This document shows positions 1-13,500 of a stretch of 63,189 bases of DNA, one piece after another. A program made the translations under genes and the position numbers. Under the pieces are notes generated by a model. It worked only from the letters and a program-made list of their open reading frames with translations, was not told where the DNA came from and made no database searches. Every line of letters begins with the position of its first letter. The first letter of the stretch is position 1. This stretch comes from Atractiella rhizophila (Eukaryota), in NCBI GenBank assembly GCA_021432655.1, contig MU271449.1, positions 1 through 63,189 of the forward strand, written 5' to 3'.

Positions 1-445
1 GAGGTTTGCAGCTTCTCTGGATGTTGACAAGTTACTGATTACTTCAACAGAAAACTGCCGGTACACCTTTGAAGGATTGAAGGAGAACATGCATGCGGCT
101 CTCAAGTCTGTGCAACTGTCCACTATCAGAAAGATTGAGAGAAGAACTCACAGATGGATCCAAGCTTATGCCGAGGGCAAGGATGTCGTGCAAGCTGGAT
201 TCTAAGTGCGCAAGTATTCATCATACCGACGTGTTCCAGAAGTAGCCGCTGCAAGAGAGGAGCAGGAGGTTCAGGCTTGAGGGTTTGTACATATACTAGA
301 GTTTCCATTTAATACTATGAACAGTGTGAATACATTAATGCATTTCACTGTGGGCAGCTCACACATATGCATGTGAGGAGCCAGAAATGAGGGGAAAATT
401 TTTTTTCTGAGATTTGGGACCTGTGAGTCATGGTGACTCATGCTG
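1..445 (+). mobile_element. 3' end of a Tc1/mariner-like DDE transposon; transposase C-terminus is a pseudogene
   Basis: After an acceptor AG at 49-50 the frame reads ENCRYTFEGLKENMHAALKSVQLSTIRKIERRTHRWIQAYAEG...*VRKYSSYRRVP, resembling basidiomycete Tc1-like transposase C-termini, with one in-frame stop. The element ends ...GACTCATGCTG followed by TA (446-447), and has a subterminal palindrome TGAGTCA-tgg-TGACTCA. Confidence 0.6.
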
Positions 446-643
446 TAGCCTCTGATGTGGGACTAGCGGACCTGCACCATACAAGCCACGCCTTCCTTTC
501 TGAATGAGGCTTTGCTCTTGAATTCCGAGAACCTTGTTGCGATAAAGTTATAAATCAAAGTGAAGGGAATGAAAAGGACGAAAGGCAGGGATTTTCATAT
601 GTACCCTGACTTTTTGCGGCTCGAGAAACTAGGGTTCACCACC

Positions 644-2370
644 ATGGTCGAAGCGAAAGATGAGGTAGCAGAGTACCATGTCAGTCTCCTATCCCCTGAC
701 TCACCGCCTCATACAGCTTACCGATCCGGATCTCCTCACAAGGCAGGAGCACACAACCACACCTCCCCTCCTCCCCTCAAAGTCAAGAGCTCCTTGCGTT
801 CTCATCGAGCCATTTCTTTGCCCTCGAAACTCTCAGATCGGTCTCCGATGTGCCATCAAGTAGTTCAACCACAACTTCAACCTCAAGCACAAACCACAGG
901 TCCGACAAGGACGCACAGCGCACTTGCGAACCCCATCGTCGGTGGAACCGTTGGAGAGGAAGAGTTGGGCATCTGACAGCGAGAGCTTCGGGTTGGTGGA
1001 GACTTGGTAGAGGTCTCCAATGATGGAGGATCTGGATCCGGATCAGATGGATGGAAGAGGACTGGAGAAAGTGAAATTAGATTACCTTTGGCGAATCGCC
1101 TGCAGGGACCTGCAAAGCAATTGTTCGTCGACGGCCTGGTGGGTGCGTCTTCTCCTCTTCTTCTGCAGCACAGGAATGGGAGTTGACTGTCGTTCTTTCC
1201 ATGCTCGGGTTTTTTCCAATTTTCCAACTTATTCCGTTTTGGTTGATGTGAGCAGCTACATCTGTCAGGGCCATCGAGTCCATTTGGAAACCGGAGCACA
1301 CTCCTGCTTCTCCAGCACAGGGTGAAAAGGTACTACCACTCAATTGGTTCTTAAAAGAAGTCCTTCGTCGCTCCAGAACATCCGCCTCAGTCCTCCAGAC
1401 CGGTCTCTACTACCTTCATAGGTCTAGAAGAGCAATTAGGGAACGGATCAATCGCGCCGATGAGGCGTCAAGACGGATCGAAGCCCATCTCGCCAGGGAG
1501 GCAGAGATGGTAATGGACGGAAATGCGAGAGGATCGTCCTTGCTGTCCAAGGCAGAACTGGACGAGTTGATCGCCGTCGGACACAATCCTGTCTTGTGTG
1601 GAAGACGGATGTTCCTCGCTGCTCTTATCACAGCTTCCAAGTTCTTGCAAGATAAGAATTACTCCAATCTCGCTTGGTCAACAATCTCAAGTCTCGATGT
1701 TAGGGAGATCAGTATCAATGAACGAGCGTTCCTTGCATTGTTGGATTATAGGCTTCATATCGATGCTGACGTGTTTTGCAAATGTGAGTGTACTTTTCTC
1801 TCAGCCTACTAGCCCTTGTCTCTCTCCCTTCGTGCTGGTGTTCATTGCAAGACCACGATGTTAGGGTCCGACCAACTCATGAGACTCGCGCATGAAACCA
1901 CAATCATCCCTCCCCCTCAGAGTTTGCGCCGAACTCAGACCCACAGTGGCCTCGAATCAAGCACCCCATCTCCCATTCCAACCCGAACCCGAACCCCAGG
2001 CACCGCAGCTACTGCGCACATGAACCCTCACGCTCCGCTCAGGAAATCTGTCAGCTGCCTCCCCCAATTCTCCAACATCTCTGCGGCCGTACGTGGGTAC
2101 GCGACGCTGGAGGAGCAGTCAGAGGATATGGATACGGACGCGGAAGAGGATGTTGCAGATGGAGAGGAGGATGGAGAAGGAAGCGAGGATGGAGATGGAA
2201 GGTCGAAGGAGGCCACCTCTGCTCCGCTTGCACCAAACGTTGCGACCTTTGGAGCAGACGGTAGGACTGCGAAGACCTTGCGCGGCACCTGGGCGAACTT
2301 GAATAGAGCCAGAGCGGTCAAGTTGGAGAGAGAGGCTAGAGGTTTTACTGGACAGCTGGCCGTGCATTGA
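644..2370 (+). CDS. Pho80/Pcl-family cyclin (multi-exon)
   Basis: Spliced translation gives FVDGLV-ATSVRAIESIW...LPLNWFLKEVLRRSRTSASVLQTGLYYL...LCGRRMFLAALITASKFLQDKNYSNLAWSTISSLDVREISINERAFLALLDYRL, the Pcl cyclin box. Introns at about 1143-1255 and 1784-1864, plus one poorly defined intron ending near 1010. Start codon uncertain (644 or 848). Confidence 0.88.
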
Positions 2371-4039
2371 TTGATTGCCTCGCTTTCACGTTATCGATCG
2401 TGCCCCCCACCTCCCCACAAACACCCTACCCTACCCCATCACCGAGTTGTTGGGTTAAATCACAATCTCACCCCTTCTGTTGCCATTGCCTCTCGAGAAA
2501 AAAATAACAGAAAAATGGTCTCGCCTCGTCGTGTGTTTGTGCTTTATTTCTACGTCTTCCGTTGTTTGCATTATTAGTTAAATTGTCTTCTTAATCATTT
2601 TATCTCTTCAGAGTTTCCTTCTCCACCTTTTCATTTCTGCTTCCCGGAATTAAATTTCAGTGATTGTTTGTGACAAATATACGTTCAGACTATATTTCCC
2701 TTTCAAATAACTTCATATACCAGGAATGTTTCCTCTGCTTGAAACCGCTCTCCCCCGATGCCTTGAACAACTTTCATTCATCAAAGTGGCCACACCGTGT
2801 TATATTTCTCAGCTTTCCAATTTGGAATTATCTTAGCTTTACATTTACTTGAATTGCTTTTCTCGGGGCTTTCGTTATCGATTTGCGTGTTAATTACCAT
2901 GCGACTACAACCTGTTCTTCCAATCTCACCAGATGGGAGGGGAGAGAAGGGGGTATGAATATGAATAAGATCTTACGGTCATCACTGCTTCGGTGCTTCC
3001 CTAAAGCTCTTCTCCTCTTTTCTTCGTGCAAACGTCATGAAGGGCTCACGTGTTTTGGACGCGCTATGCCTCCCCAAGCCATCTCACTCTCCAACCACCA
3101 TCTCGACTCTCCATCTCGGTCAACAAAACACAGCAGTGCATTTCTCACATTTGGTTTTGTGGATTTTTCCCTTTCCCTTTTCTTCTTCTATTGCTTGATA
3201 ATTGGCTCAAGGAACGGCGATGGGCTACGGTGATATTTTCTCACAAATATGTAAGACCCCTGCAGTGCTAGTCCCATCGCTTTTGTGGCTCACATTTGCA
3301 GTGCATACAGATTCGTATCTCGTCAGTGCCGTCTGTCGAAGCGATGAAGACTGATTCTCGTTCGTCTTCCATGAATCCAGTGTTAGGGTTGGCAAGGGCT
3401 TGGACTGCTGTGCTGTGGTGGAAGTCATCGTACGTGTATCCACAGGGCAGTTTGTCCAATAAATGTTCCGTCTTTGCCAGCATCTCTCCCAGCTTCCTTC
3501 AAAGTACCCCATCATCTCAGCAGTCTGTGGAGACCGGAACTCCGCCTTAGTTTGATGGAGTGGATTGCAGAAGAGAAAATGCTATCCGCTCTTCTCTTTG
3601 GTCTACTAGTGACTTACCCTGTTTCCACCCTCCTGTCCTGCAGTGCAAGCCTGGGCCTCGCTTTCATGCCCCTGCCACAATGTTTTGCTGTCCGCTGTCT
3701 GCAGGGTGGTCATTGTCAACGGCATCAAAAAACTATCCGATTTCTTTGAAAAGACAAAAATGGCATTGTTTCAAGTCGGCGCAGATAACCTGTCGTTGTG
3801 TCATGGCATATACGGACCATTTGTTACACACGTTAGCAAATAGTAGCATTCTACTGAAAAGGAAGCGAAAGTAGAGAATAAATGTCCATATTTGTAAGGA
3901 ATCAACCATCGGACAGGAATGATCAAAGGATTTGTGCTGCATGCTGGAGAACGGATATTGCAGCAACGCCGCAAGAACTTACTCTTACTCATCAACGCTG
4001 GAAGATCTCGAAGGCAGCAGAAAGATGTCGGATCCAAAG

Positions 4040-7000
4040 CTATACGGCGCAGAAGAATCGGTTTGAAATGAAACCCTGGGAAAGAGCTTGAGAGAGGGAT
4101 AAGGATATTAAGAGATGAAACATACAGTTGGTCGCTCAGTCACTACTTTTTGGACCATGGCCAACATATCCGGTTTCCTCAAGGGATTAGTGAGGTAGTC
4201 GTCCTGTAAATCATGTAAGACGTCCTCCGGGACTGAACCGAACTCACCATGCCTGCCGCGATGCACTTCTCGCGATCGCCGAACATTGCATGCGCCGTTA
4301 GAGCAAGGATAGGTGTCCTGGCCAAACGATGCTGCTCTTCATGCTTTCGGATTAATCTGGTAGCTTCGTAACCGTCCATGAAAGGCATAGAAACATCCAT
4401 CAAGATTACGTCGTAGAACTGCAGTAGCGTCAGCTGAGAAAAAGGTTCGCTTTGACAAGTAGACCCACCTCTTTCTTAATAGCTTCAACTGCAAGCACTC
4501 CGTTCTCCACGATTTCTGGTCGGTGCCCGGCGCTCTCCAAGAACTTGACAGCAACTCTTTGATTCACGACATCTAAAACAGCATGTCAGTTAACACATCA
4601 CGGAATAGTTGCTAAAAGCACACTGTCGTCGTCGGCGAGCAAGACCTTGTAAGACAGATTGCCTTCAACCTCCCTCCCGTTACCATTGTTAGCCTCCAAT
4701 GCGGGCAGGATAGCGTTGTAGAGGTCCGAAGGATTAGTAGGAGACTCCATACAGTTGTGAACTCCGTTGTCCAAACAGTACCTGACGTTGAGCAGAGGGA
4801 CGTGAGGAGTAATCACCACTATGGGAATGTACCGGAGAAGGTCAAGGTCGTCCCGAAGGTTTTGAACGACTTCGACCTTGTCGACGATAAGGACACCGTA
4901 ATTTGGAGACACAGAGGGCAACGTGAGAATCTCCTCGATGGACTGGACAATGGTAGTGTGGAAGCCAAGCTGCCGGGCAGCTGAAACCACAGAATCCGCG
5001 TGGCCACCCACATCCATGAACAGCAACAAGCGAGAGTGGTTCGGCGTCGATAGTTTCTGTCTGGCAGTATCCATTTGCCACTCTCCAGGCCGGCATTTGA
5101 CTGTGAAGTAAAACTGTGGTCCCAAACCGTACTCGCTTGCAAGCCAGACCTCTCCACCCATCAGGCTGACCAATCGTTTTGAAATCGTTAGACCCAAACC
5201 CGTTCCTCCGTATTTCCTCGCCATGGATCCATCTGCCTGACAGAAAGTATCAAAGATCGAGTCGAGTTTATCCTGCTTGATACCGATCCCCGTATCGGCG
5301 ATGCAAAATTCGATGGCATAAAGACCTTCCTTGCAGAGGTTTGACTGAAGTCTGCACAAGAGAGTGATGGACCCTTGCTGCGTAAATTTGATGGCGTTAC
5401 CAATGAGATTGGTGATAACTTGACGGAGACGGAAAGGATCTCCGATAAGAAGGTCAGGAATAAGAGGATCACAACCATACAGAAGGTCGAGTTTGCTCTG
5501 AGTAGCTTTGACGGCCAGGGACTTCAACACGCCAAATACGACACCTCTAACAGAGAAATTGACTTCTTCCATTGTGACCCGACCAGCTTCGACTACAAGA
5601 GGCATGCATAAGCCGGAATAACGTTTATGTTTTAGGAGCTCACTCTTCGAGATATCCAAAATGTCATCGATGATCCATAATAACGAGTTAGCAGATCCGG
5701 AAACGATGGTCAAGTTCTCTCTTTGGGCTGTTGTCAACTCCGTTTCAAGAGTTACACAAGTAAGACCGATGATACCGTTCATTGGCGTCCTGACTCCAAA
5801 GTTAGTAAAAGCGATCGAGAGCATTTCGTTTTCTGACCTGATCTCGTGAGACATATTTGCCAGGAACTCAGATTTGGACCCATTGGCGTTTTCAGCAGCT
5901 TCCCTAGCAGCAGCGTTCCTCTTTAAGTTCTGTAGCAAACTGAGGGCGATTTGATTGATCTTTGCCTTCAGTGAGTCCATGTCTCCGCTGGCCCCGACTG
6001 TGACGTAAGGGCTGAAATCTCCTTCCGCGGCAGCAGAGACCCGCCCGAAAGCTCTCACTTGGGAAGTCAAATTCATGGCCATCTATCTGTTACTCAGAAC
6101 CCATTGATGTGAGCGGGCAGTGAGGGAACACACGGTGTTAACGTTCTCAGTGATTTCCAGCCATGAACCATCGACATTGTCCACGTTAGCCGTCACGCCT
6201 AGATTGCCCTTTGTGCCAACTTCCCTGGCAACTCGTGTTACTTCCGTAGCGAATATTCTCAACTACAAGACAGAGCTCAGTGTTTCTAAGGAGAAAGTTT
6301 CGAAACATACTCGATCAATCATAAAATTAACAGTGTGAGCCAAGGCTAACATCCCACCAGTCGCCTCCGTTATAACTTTCAAGCTGAAATCTCCTTTGGC
6401 GACAGCGGTCTAGGTTCATGTCTTCTATCAACAGGCCAAGGGACGGCGAGGAACTGAAGACTGACGGTAGCAGCGGCGATGGATCGTACGTGGGCGGTCC
6501 AGTTCTGCGTTCAAAAGGTCAGTCCTTGGTTGTGGGACTTGAGCCAACAAACTTCCGCCATCCCGTTTACGGAATCTGCAAGGTTGCGCCAATCGCCCTG
6601 AACACCTTCGATATTGGCTTGACCACCCAACCGACCTTCACTTCCGACCTCGCGAGCGACTTTTGTGACCTCGGTAGTAAACGTTCTCAAACTGTCCACC
6701 ATGGAATTGACAGTCACCTGTGACCGTACCATTGGATGCAAATCAGTCGGGGGGTTGAACGAAAGACAAACCTTCAATTCAAGAACTTCGCCTTGAGCCT
6801 CTACCATGATCTTTTGGCTCATGTCACCGTTGGTCACAGCTTTAGTAACTATAGCGATCGCCCTGACTTGATCAGTCAAATTCTTTGCCATTTGGTTTAT
6901 GTCATCTGACAACTTCCTCCAGGTCCCTTTAATGTTCTTGACTTGAGCAGATCCACCCAAGATACCATGCGTTCCAACATCCAATGCCACCTTCTCGATC

Positions 7001-9098
7001 TCGGAACTGAAAGTCCGCAACTGGCACACCATATCGTTGACTGTAATATTTAACGTTGACATCTCTCCACAGGCTTCAATGTTGATTGTTCTTGTCAAGT
7101 CTCCTTCAGCAACGGATTTCGTAACAGCGGCAACTTCTCGGACTTGATCTGTGCGACAGTCAGGCGAAAGTGTGCAAGCTGAGAGGTAGAACACGGACCA
7201 GCCAAGTTCTTCGTCATGCAGTTCACGCTTTTGAGCAACTTGACCCATGTACCCTCCACATCCTTTACTACGGCCTGACCACCTAAAGTACCTTGGACAC
7301 CAATCTCCAAACTAACTCTGCTAACCTCCGCGGCGAAAATACTCAGTTTCTGAACCATCGAGTTGATGTCTTGCTGGAGCGATAGCATATCTCCTTCGAC
7401 TTCAACATCCAAGGTCTTCGTCAAGTCTCCTCGAGCGATACCGGCTACGACTTCAGCGATGGACCTTACCTGAAGCGTAAGGTTGGAAGCCATTCGGTTG
7501 ACGTTGTCCGTGAGCAATTTCCTGTTAAGCGTTTCAGCACTCCATTCCGTCTTCCAGGGTTGTGGATGAAACATACCATGCACCCTGTGCTCCCTCGACC
7601 TGCGCCTGGCCACCCAACACTCCCCGAGTTCCTACATCCAAAGATACTTGCGAGACTTCGTCCGCAAGCTTCGCAATTGGGTCACCATACTGTTCACGGT
7701 TGCTTTGAGATCCGCAATTTCACCAAATGCCTCCACTGCGATCATTTGGTTCAAATCTCCACCGGCGACGGCGGCGGTAACGCGGGAGATGGATCGTACT
7801 TGCTGAGTCAAGTTAGTGGCCATGGTGTTCACGCAGTCCTATCAATCTTACCTCGCGTCGGTTCTTGCGGCATTCACGAGCAGAGGAAGACGCACGGTCA
7901 AGATCCTCCAAGTTCCCTCGACACCATCAATAACAGCCTGTCCACCCAACTTGCCCTCGGTACCAACTTCGAGTGACACCCTCGTTACTTCGTCTGCAAA
8001 AGTCCCCAGCCGACTGATGAAATCGTTCATGCAGTCCTTGATCTGGACCAAATCATGACCTTGCACCGGTATCTCGATCTTCTGGGCCAAATCACCGACT
8101 GCTACCGATTTGCAGACGCGAGCGATATCTTGAATCTGGGCTTTGAGAAGTATCAACTCTTGTTCCGCCGACAAGCCATCCGTCACTTCAACTTTCCTGA
8201 GGCCCTCCATATAGTCGTCTTCTTCTAAAACACATTCCAACGCGTTTGTTCGAGAGGTAGAGGCAATGTCGACGGAATCTGTCAAAGTCACATCAAATTC
8301 TTCCGACGATAAGGATTCAGAAAGGATCTCCTTCGATCTCATTGTGCTGGACGTTGACGATGCTCTGTCAGCTGGTGCTTGCCGATTCGCGATCACCGCT
8401 TTGATATCGCCCCTCCCTCCGACCCATACGACGCGAAGCTTCTTCGAGAGGCGGTGGTTGGACATGTTGGTAGACGCCACTTCTCCCATTCTCACCGAAT
8501 CAACATGTACATCCACCACGTTCTTGATTCGGTCCATACTGTGTTCAGCCTCTCCCAATCGCTTCGCGATCCTCTCCACCGAAGCCAGAAGGGCATCGGC
8601 TTCAGCCGGCTTTGTTAATCCACCGCCCACGAGGCCCATGAGCGTTTCAATGCAGACGTCCACTTGGGCTTCCTTACTATTCGGAGCGGGAGTGAAAGAA
8701 GGTTTGACGGGTGGAGGAGAAGGGCTCTCGTAACTCGAAGCCAAGGAGGAACGTGAGGATGTGGTGGAGGTTGAACGCGCAGGGTGAAGGTAGCTCCCGA
8801 TGCGCGTCGCGATTTGTTCTGGGGAGGCTTCCATGGCTGTGAGGAGAGCAAGAATGAAAGCTGAAAATTTGATGTTGTCTGTCTCCATAGAAGCTGGAGG
8901 TTTTAGGATGCGAGCCGTCCCATTTGCAGTTTGCATGGGAACTTGCTGGTAGAGAGAGGCGAGGTGTGGCTGAAACCTATTGGGGAAAGGCGTTGTTCTG
9001 GAAATAGACATAGCGGGGAAGAGAGTTGTTGTAGTAGTGGCATGGTGGGAAGGAGGAGTAGCATGGACAATATTGTGAATTGGTTCTCCATCTGCCAT
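4040..9098 (-). CDS. NIK1: Group III hybrid histidine kinase (NIK1/OS-1/Tco1-like): poly-HAMP, HisKA, HATPase, degenerate first receiver and C-terminal receiver
   Basis: Six ~92-aa HAMP repeats plus a partial seventh (GDL.../LGGQA...W...VN.MA.NLT.QVR). H-box [22 protein letters not shown]-box [11 protein letters not shown]-boxes DTGIGI and YGGTGLGL, receiver [10 protein letters not shown]...LTAHAM. Many GT-AG introns. One -1 frameshift at ~7667. Stop at 4040-4042 if the last intron is spliced, otherwise 4108. Confidence 0.9.
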
Positions 9099-10139
9099 CT
9101 TGTCGACTAAGGAGTTCCTGGCAGCGGTGGCAGTGAACTCCTCAATGCCAGACAAGAGGATTTCAAGTAAAACTGGAAATAAAACTGGAATGGAGGACAA
9201 AGAGTTGTTGAATCTTCTGGGCTGATTTCAGGAGACCAAAATTGCCATCTTTATTCCCACGCTGGTCGGGATCGCGCAAATGGAACAAAAAGTGGGAAAG
9301 GACTTCAACACCTCCAGTCCATTTAATGTAAGAACGGGGAGACTCACTAAACGATGAACGTGTGTACCTAAGAGAATGATTTCGGTCCTTTGGATGGTCG
9401 AAAATTGCTCATGGGTTGGGATGACTACAGTATCGGCTCTTATCGTAACGGATTTCACTATTCCCGCGCATGAAGCCGTCCTCGTACCGTATCAGAGTTT
9501 CTTTCAATTTATCAAAAACGGGCGAGTCCGACTCAGATCGCGTCACGTTCTGAAACAATCAATGCCATTCAAAACAACTGCAGCAGCATTGACGGTCCGA
9601 GTTTCGTGTTCTTGTTACACGTGACCAAAAAACCGTGTCAAATTGCGCACTTTAACTTAAATTTGCGGATTTTGCGCACCCTTGTCTCCTCCCTACAATC
9701 CACTCAAACAGGTTACCGTCCAACGAGTTGTTGACTGACCACAGCAACATTTCGGGACATGATTGGATAGACCTTACACTTGGAATTGAGGCAGGAGAGA
9801 TTTGGGATATTGTGTATATTTTTGCAGAAAATCACTATTCTGTACAACACCATATTTTCCTTGATAACTTACAGAGATGTGCAGTAATCATCTTAGTGTT
9901 TATAAGTGAAATGTGCGTATGGGTGAGGAGAATCTGAATGCAGAATTTCTAAGAGATTGGTACAATTTTGGGAGACTTTAATATGTAGTGTTAAAGATCC
10001 TGATCCGTTAAAGTTCCTGATCCCACACAGTATGGGTTATCCCCCAAGTGTTTTGCATTGTATATCATTTTTCTCCTGCTGCTCTATCTGCCTTCAAAAC
10101 ATCCCCTTCCAAGACTTTCAATTGCCTGTGAAGATCCCT

Positions 10140-10741
10140 AAGGTGAGCTCCACTCTGCATCCGGAGTGCGTGACAAGATCATACACCTCCTCCTTTCCAC
10201 CGTGGAAACTCTTTCGGCAGGTGACCTGATGGCTACACGCAGGAACTCTATTTTGCCGTCAGGTCTCCTGCTTACCAGGTTTGGACTTAACTTTGGTGAA
10301 GGTCGTGAGGTAGTAGGGTTAGGGTAGTTTTCAGGCACCCAAACGACATTGACGATCTCATCCAACGAATACGCCACAATCGTACTCATACATCCCTCTC
10401 CAAGTCATACACCCACTCCATAATGCCTCTCAGGTACTCCGATGTGTCTGCTGATCCGGTTCATAATGGACCTGATGGGGTGACCGGAACACTTACGCCT
10501 CCTACTTTCTGGGAGCATTCACTTCTCTTAGTATCCTTACCTTACTGTGGTGTGAGTTCAAGTTTTCTCTTCACTTCCAATTATGCCTTCTCATTATTCA
10601 GCATTTTTCTCTGATAAAAGCGAGTTGCCCTGCAAGTGTGAGACCACATCCTTATTGGTTGGTCTCGCACCTCGCAGGTAATGTATTTCATCTTTACATA
10701 GCTAGAATTACGTCCTTATTGGTTGGTCTCGCACCTCGCAG
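10140..10741. mobile_element. Scrambled remnant of a probable tyrosine-recombinase (DIRS/Ngaro-like) retrotransposon with terminal hairpin repeats
   Basis: Minus strand IVNVVWVPENYPNPTTSR resembles the DIRS RNase H end (W.PS.EN.AD..SR). Plus strand has ATAAAAGC then hairpin CTGCAAGTGTGAGACC...GGTCTCGCACCTCGCAG (10614-10677), with an exact 29-bp repeat at 10713-10741. The same module occurs at 23.9-24.05 kb. Confidence 0.45.
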
Positions 10742-11968
10742 CTTCGCACCCTGTCACCCTCGTAAACTCATCAGGACCACTACTGGCGAAAGTGAATGAA
10801 GAAAGATATGGGGCTTTGTGCCAAGCAGGAGAAGATGCTTAACGACAGAGTGAGGTGGGAAACCGCTGAAGGTGCGTCGTATGCTCGTTAGTGGTAGGGA
10901 AGAACAGGAAAATTGGGTGGCACACAGCATTGAAAACAGTGGTGTGGCTGGCGACAATGCTTCGACTTGCATCATTTCTGGGTGAGGAGAATTCCGATGA
11001 GACCAACAAGTTAGTATAGGTTCCTTCTATGAATGTTCAAAGACAGCTTTGTTTTGCCTTCTAATGTTATTGGGGGACAGCAAGACAACAAGCCCTGCCT
11101 TGAACTCTCAAATGCAAGGTCCTCCACATCAGTGGTGTGATAGCTTGAAGAAGCATGCCCGTGTTATTGCTACTTAATGATGTGGAAGAAAGGCTCGATT
11201 ACGCTCTTGGAAGGGAAAGATCGTGGTAGTTATGAAGGTTAATGTAAGTATCTTCGTTTGTTCTCTTCTTGGTTCCAAATTGCACCAGAGACTGATGAGA
11301 TGGGACTTTGTTAGGTATCTTTTACCTGCTCACAAGTTATGTTTTTCCTTTGCTTGAGTGATTTCTGGCCATTCTAATTGCTTATGAGTTAGGGAAATAA
11401 CTTAGTATGTTCGCAAGTATGATTTGTGAGTAATCTCTATCGCATCAGATGAAGCTGATTCATTAGTCAGCCGAGGAATAAATTTTGGGTCTGATAAGGA
11501 TGACTTCCCATGTTTATATGACACTAAATAGTACAATGCATTCGTAATCCCAACATAATCCTCACAGGTGTCCCAGGGCATGTAAGAGGTGTAAAGAGAT
11601 TACAAGAATCAGCAGCCTCAGCCTCCTCTCCAACCATATACCTTCACCGAACCTTCTCTCCACTCTCAAATGTGCAGCTCCCAATCTGTTACTTCTCCAT
11701 CCACATTCATTCCTCCTAGAACTGAGTGTACTACGATTACTATGGCAATGAAGGTGGCTGAAGTTGTGCCAGGGGGATTCACCAATCAGGCGGGAAGTGG
11801 TGACGACGGTGCTCAGGAACCTATTAAGGATCTTGTGGACAATGTTTCTACTGGCACAGGGTTTGATGCAGGTAGTTACATCCCTCCCCCTGTAGCAGAT
11901 CCATTGGCAGGTTGACGCTCTGTTGTTACCCATTCACACTGATCTTACTTACGGTGCGGGTCATCATC

Positions 11969-13500
11969 CTCTATGAAAACAGACTTTAGTCAATGTTCAG
12001 GCAGTTCCGTCAATAGTTAGTCACCGCGTGATCAAATTTTAGTCCGCCAAAACTGACTGAAATTCCACAGTGCAATGTCAGTTGTTCTTCAGTGCTCATT
12101 TACCCTAGACCATGCTGCCGTCCAGACTGGCGGGAGCAGGACGGCGGTTGCATCAACATACTTCATCTGATTTTTTACAGAGACAAGTTCAAGTTCCACG
12201 TCTTGCTTGTGCACCTTCCCCTTTCTGCCAATCTTCCGACTCCTCTTGTCGCTCTGTCACTCCAGCTTCAGATGTTCCATCCCTCCCCCTCCCACTGTTC
12301 GCAGAAGATGGAGGAGCGGATCGAGACATCATTGAAAAGAGCGGAGAAGAGATGGAAGCTGTAGCTGGCACTGGTGAGTGGTTTGCTGATTTGCCATTGC
12401 AGGGAGAGTGACCTGTTAAGGAGATGCAAGATCGGTCTTGACCTTTGCGAACAGCAGTCGTGGAGGAGTTTTTAAAACGGGCCATGGCAAGTGTTTTGGA
12501 TGCTTTGCATGCCATGTCGCACATCGGAGGATATTTGTGAGCTCTTGCTTTCCTCCCTTCGTCCTACCAATAAAGTCGAGACCTAGGTTACTAGATACCT
12601 TCAAGATCAAGGCTGCCCGCGGAGGTATACTGGTTGTTGTAACGATGATGCATGTCACACCAAAGTCTGTGTTTTATCCTTTCAATTTCTTCATTCCTTT
12701 CTTTGTTTTGGTTTCTATCTTACTTTGTGGACTGTTGCTGACACAATTGGATCTGTAGCCTAGTCAATCGGTTCAGTGGACAGTTCATAATCCCGTCTTT
12801 GGGGCTGTTGGACGGTTTCCAGGCTGTGCTCGGTTGTGTTAGGCTCGTGAAGAAGACAAGTGTGTCTTGTTTGTCCCTTCCTTTCCCGCCCTCTGTCTTC
12901 ATGATAGATTGAGCATTCCTGGGGCCCAAAGCAGAAAACCTCGTCACTCACCGATTGTAAGCCCCAACACTCCACATTTGTATGTCCTTGCCCGCTACCT
13001 TTTAACAATGGGCCATTACCAGGATAAGAAGACAACACAGGATTTGGGAAGAACAGTTGTCAGAAATTGGGGGTAGTGTTGAGCAGTTGGGTATCTTTCT
13101 TAACACACCAGCAATGGAGGCTGAAAGTATTTTGCCTTCAGAAAGGAACTACGAATACACTGTTGATGCTTCCTATCTCTTCACTAACCTGAAATCTCAA
13201 TTACTTACTCTTGATGGGATGATGCGCACTGGCTTTATTGGTGCATGTATGAATCGTAGATATTGCAATCATATTTGTGCAACTTGCAACCCTAATACTA
13301 GCAGCAATAAGAACTAGCCAAGGCTACATTTGAACTGAATTGCAACTGAAAATGACGCGCAGCACACTGAATATTGACTGCAGCAGACTGAGTTAAAAGT
13401 TGTTTCGATTGGCACAAACTGACATCTGGTCAGTCAGAATTCGGTCAAAACTCAGGCACTGACATCCAACTGACAAACGACGGAATCCGTTTTCATAGAG
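11969..13500. mobile_element. 1.53-kb non-autonomous TIR DNA transposon, superfamily unassigned
   Basis: TIRs CTCTATGAAAAC(A/G)GA match at 14/15 nt. CATCATC flanks both ends (11962-11968, 13501-13507). Many short TCAGT/CTGAC subterminal repeats at both ends. No intact ORF. Confidence 0.85.

Noticed and set aside
3225..4037. Short overlapping ORFs between the cyclin and the kinase
   Set aside because: No recognisable domain or consistent exon chain.
10608..10680. CTGATA...hairpin as a hammerhead ribozyme
   Set aside because: No CTGATGA/GAAA core with three stems; better explained as the TATA+hairpin terminal module.
10742..10760. CCCTGTCA as the left TIR partner of the end at 15031
   Set aside because: Only 8 bp match, flanks differ (CTTCGCA vs CTTCAGG), and no subterminal repeats.
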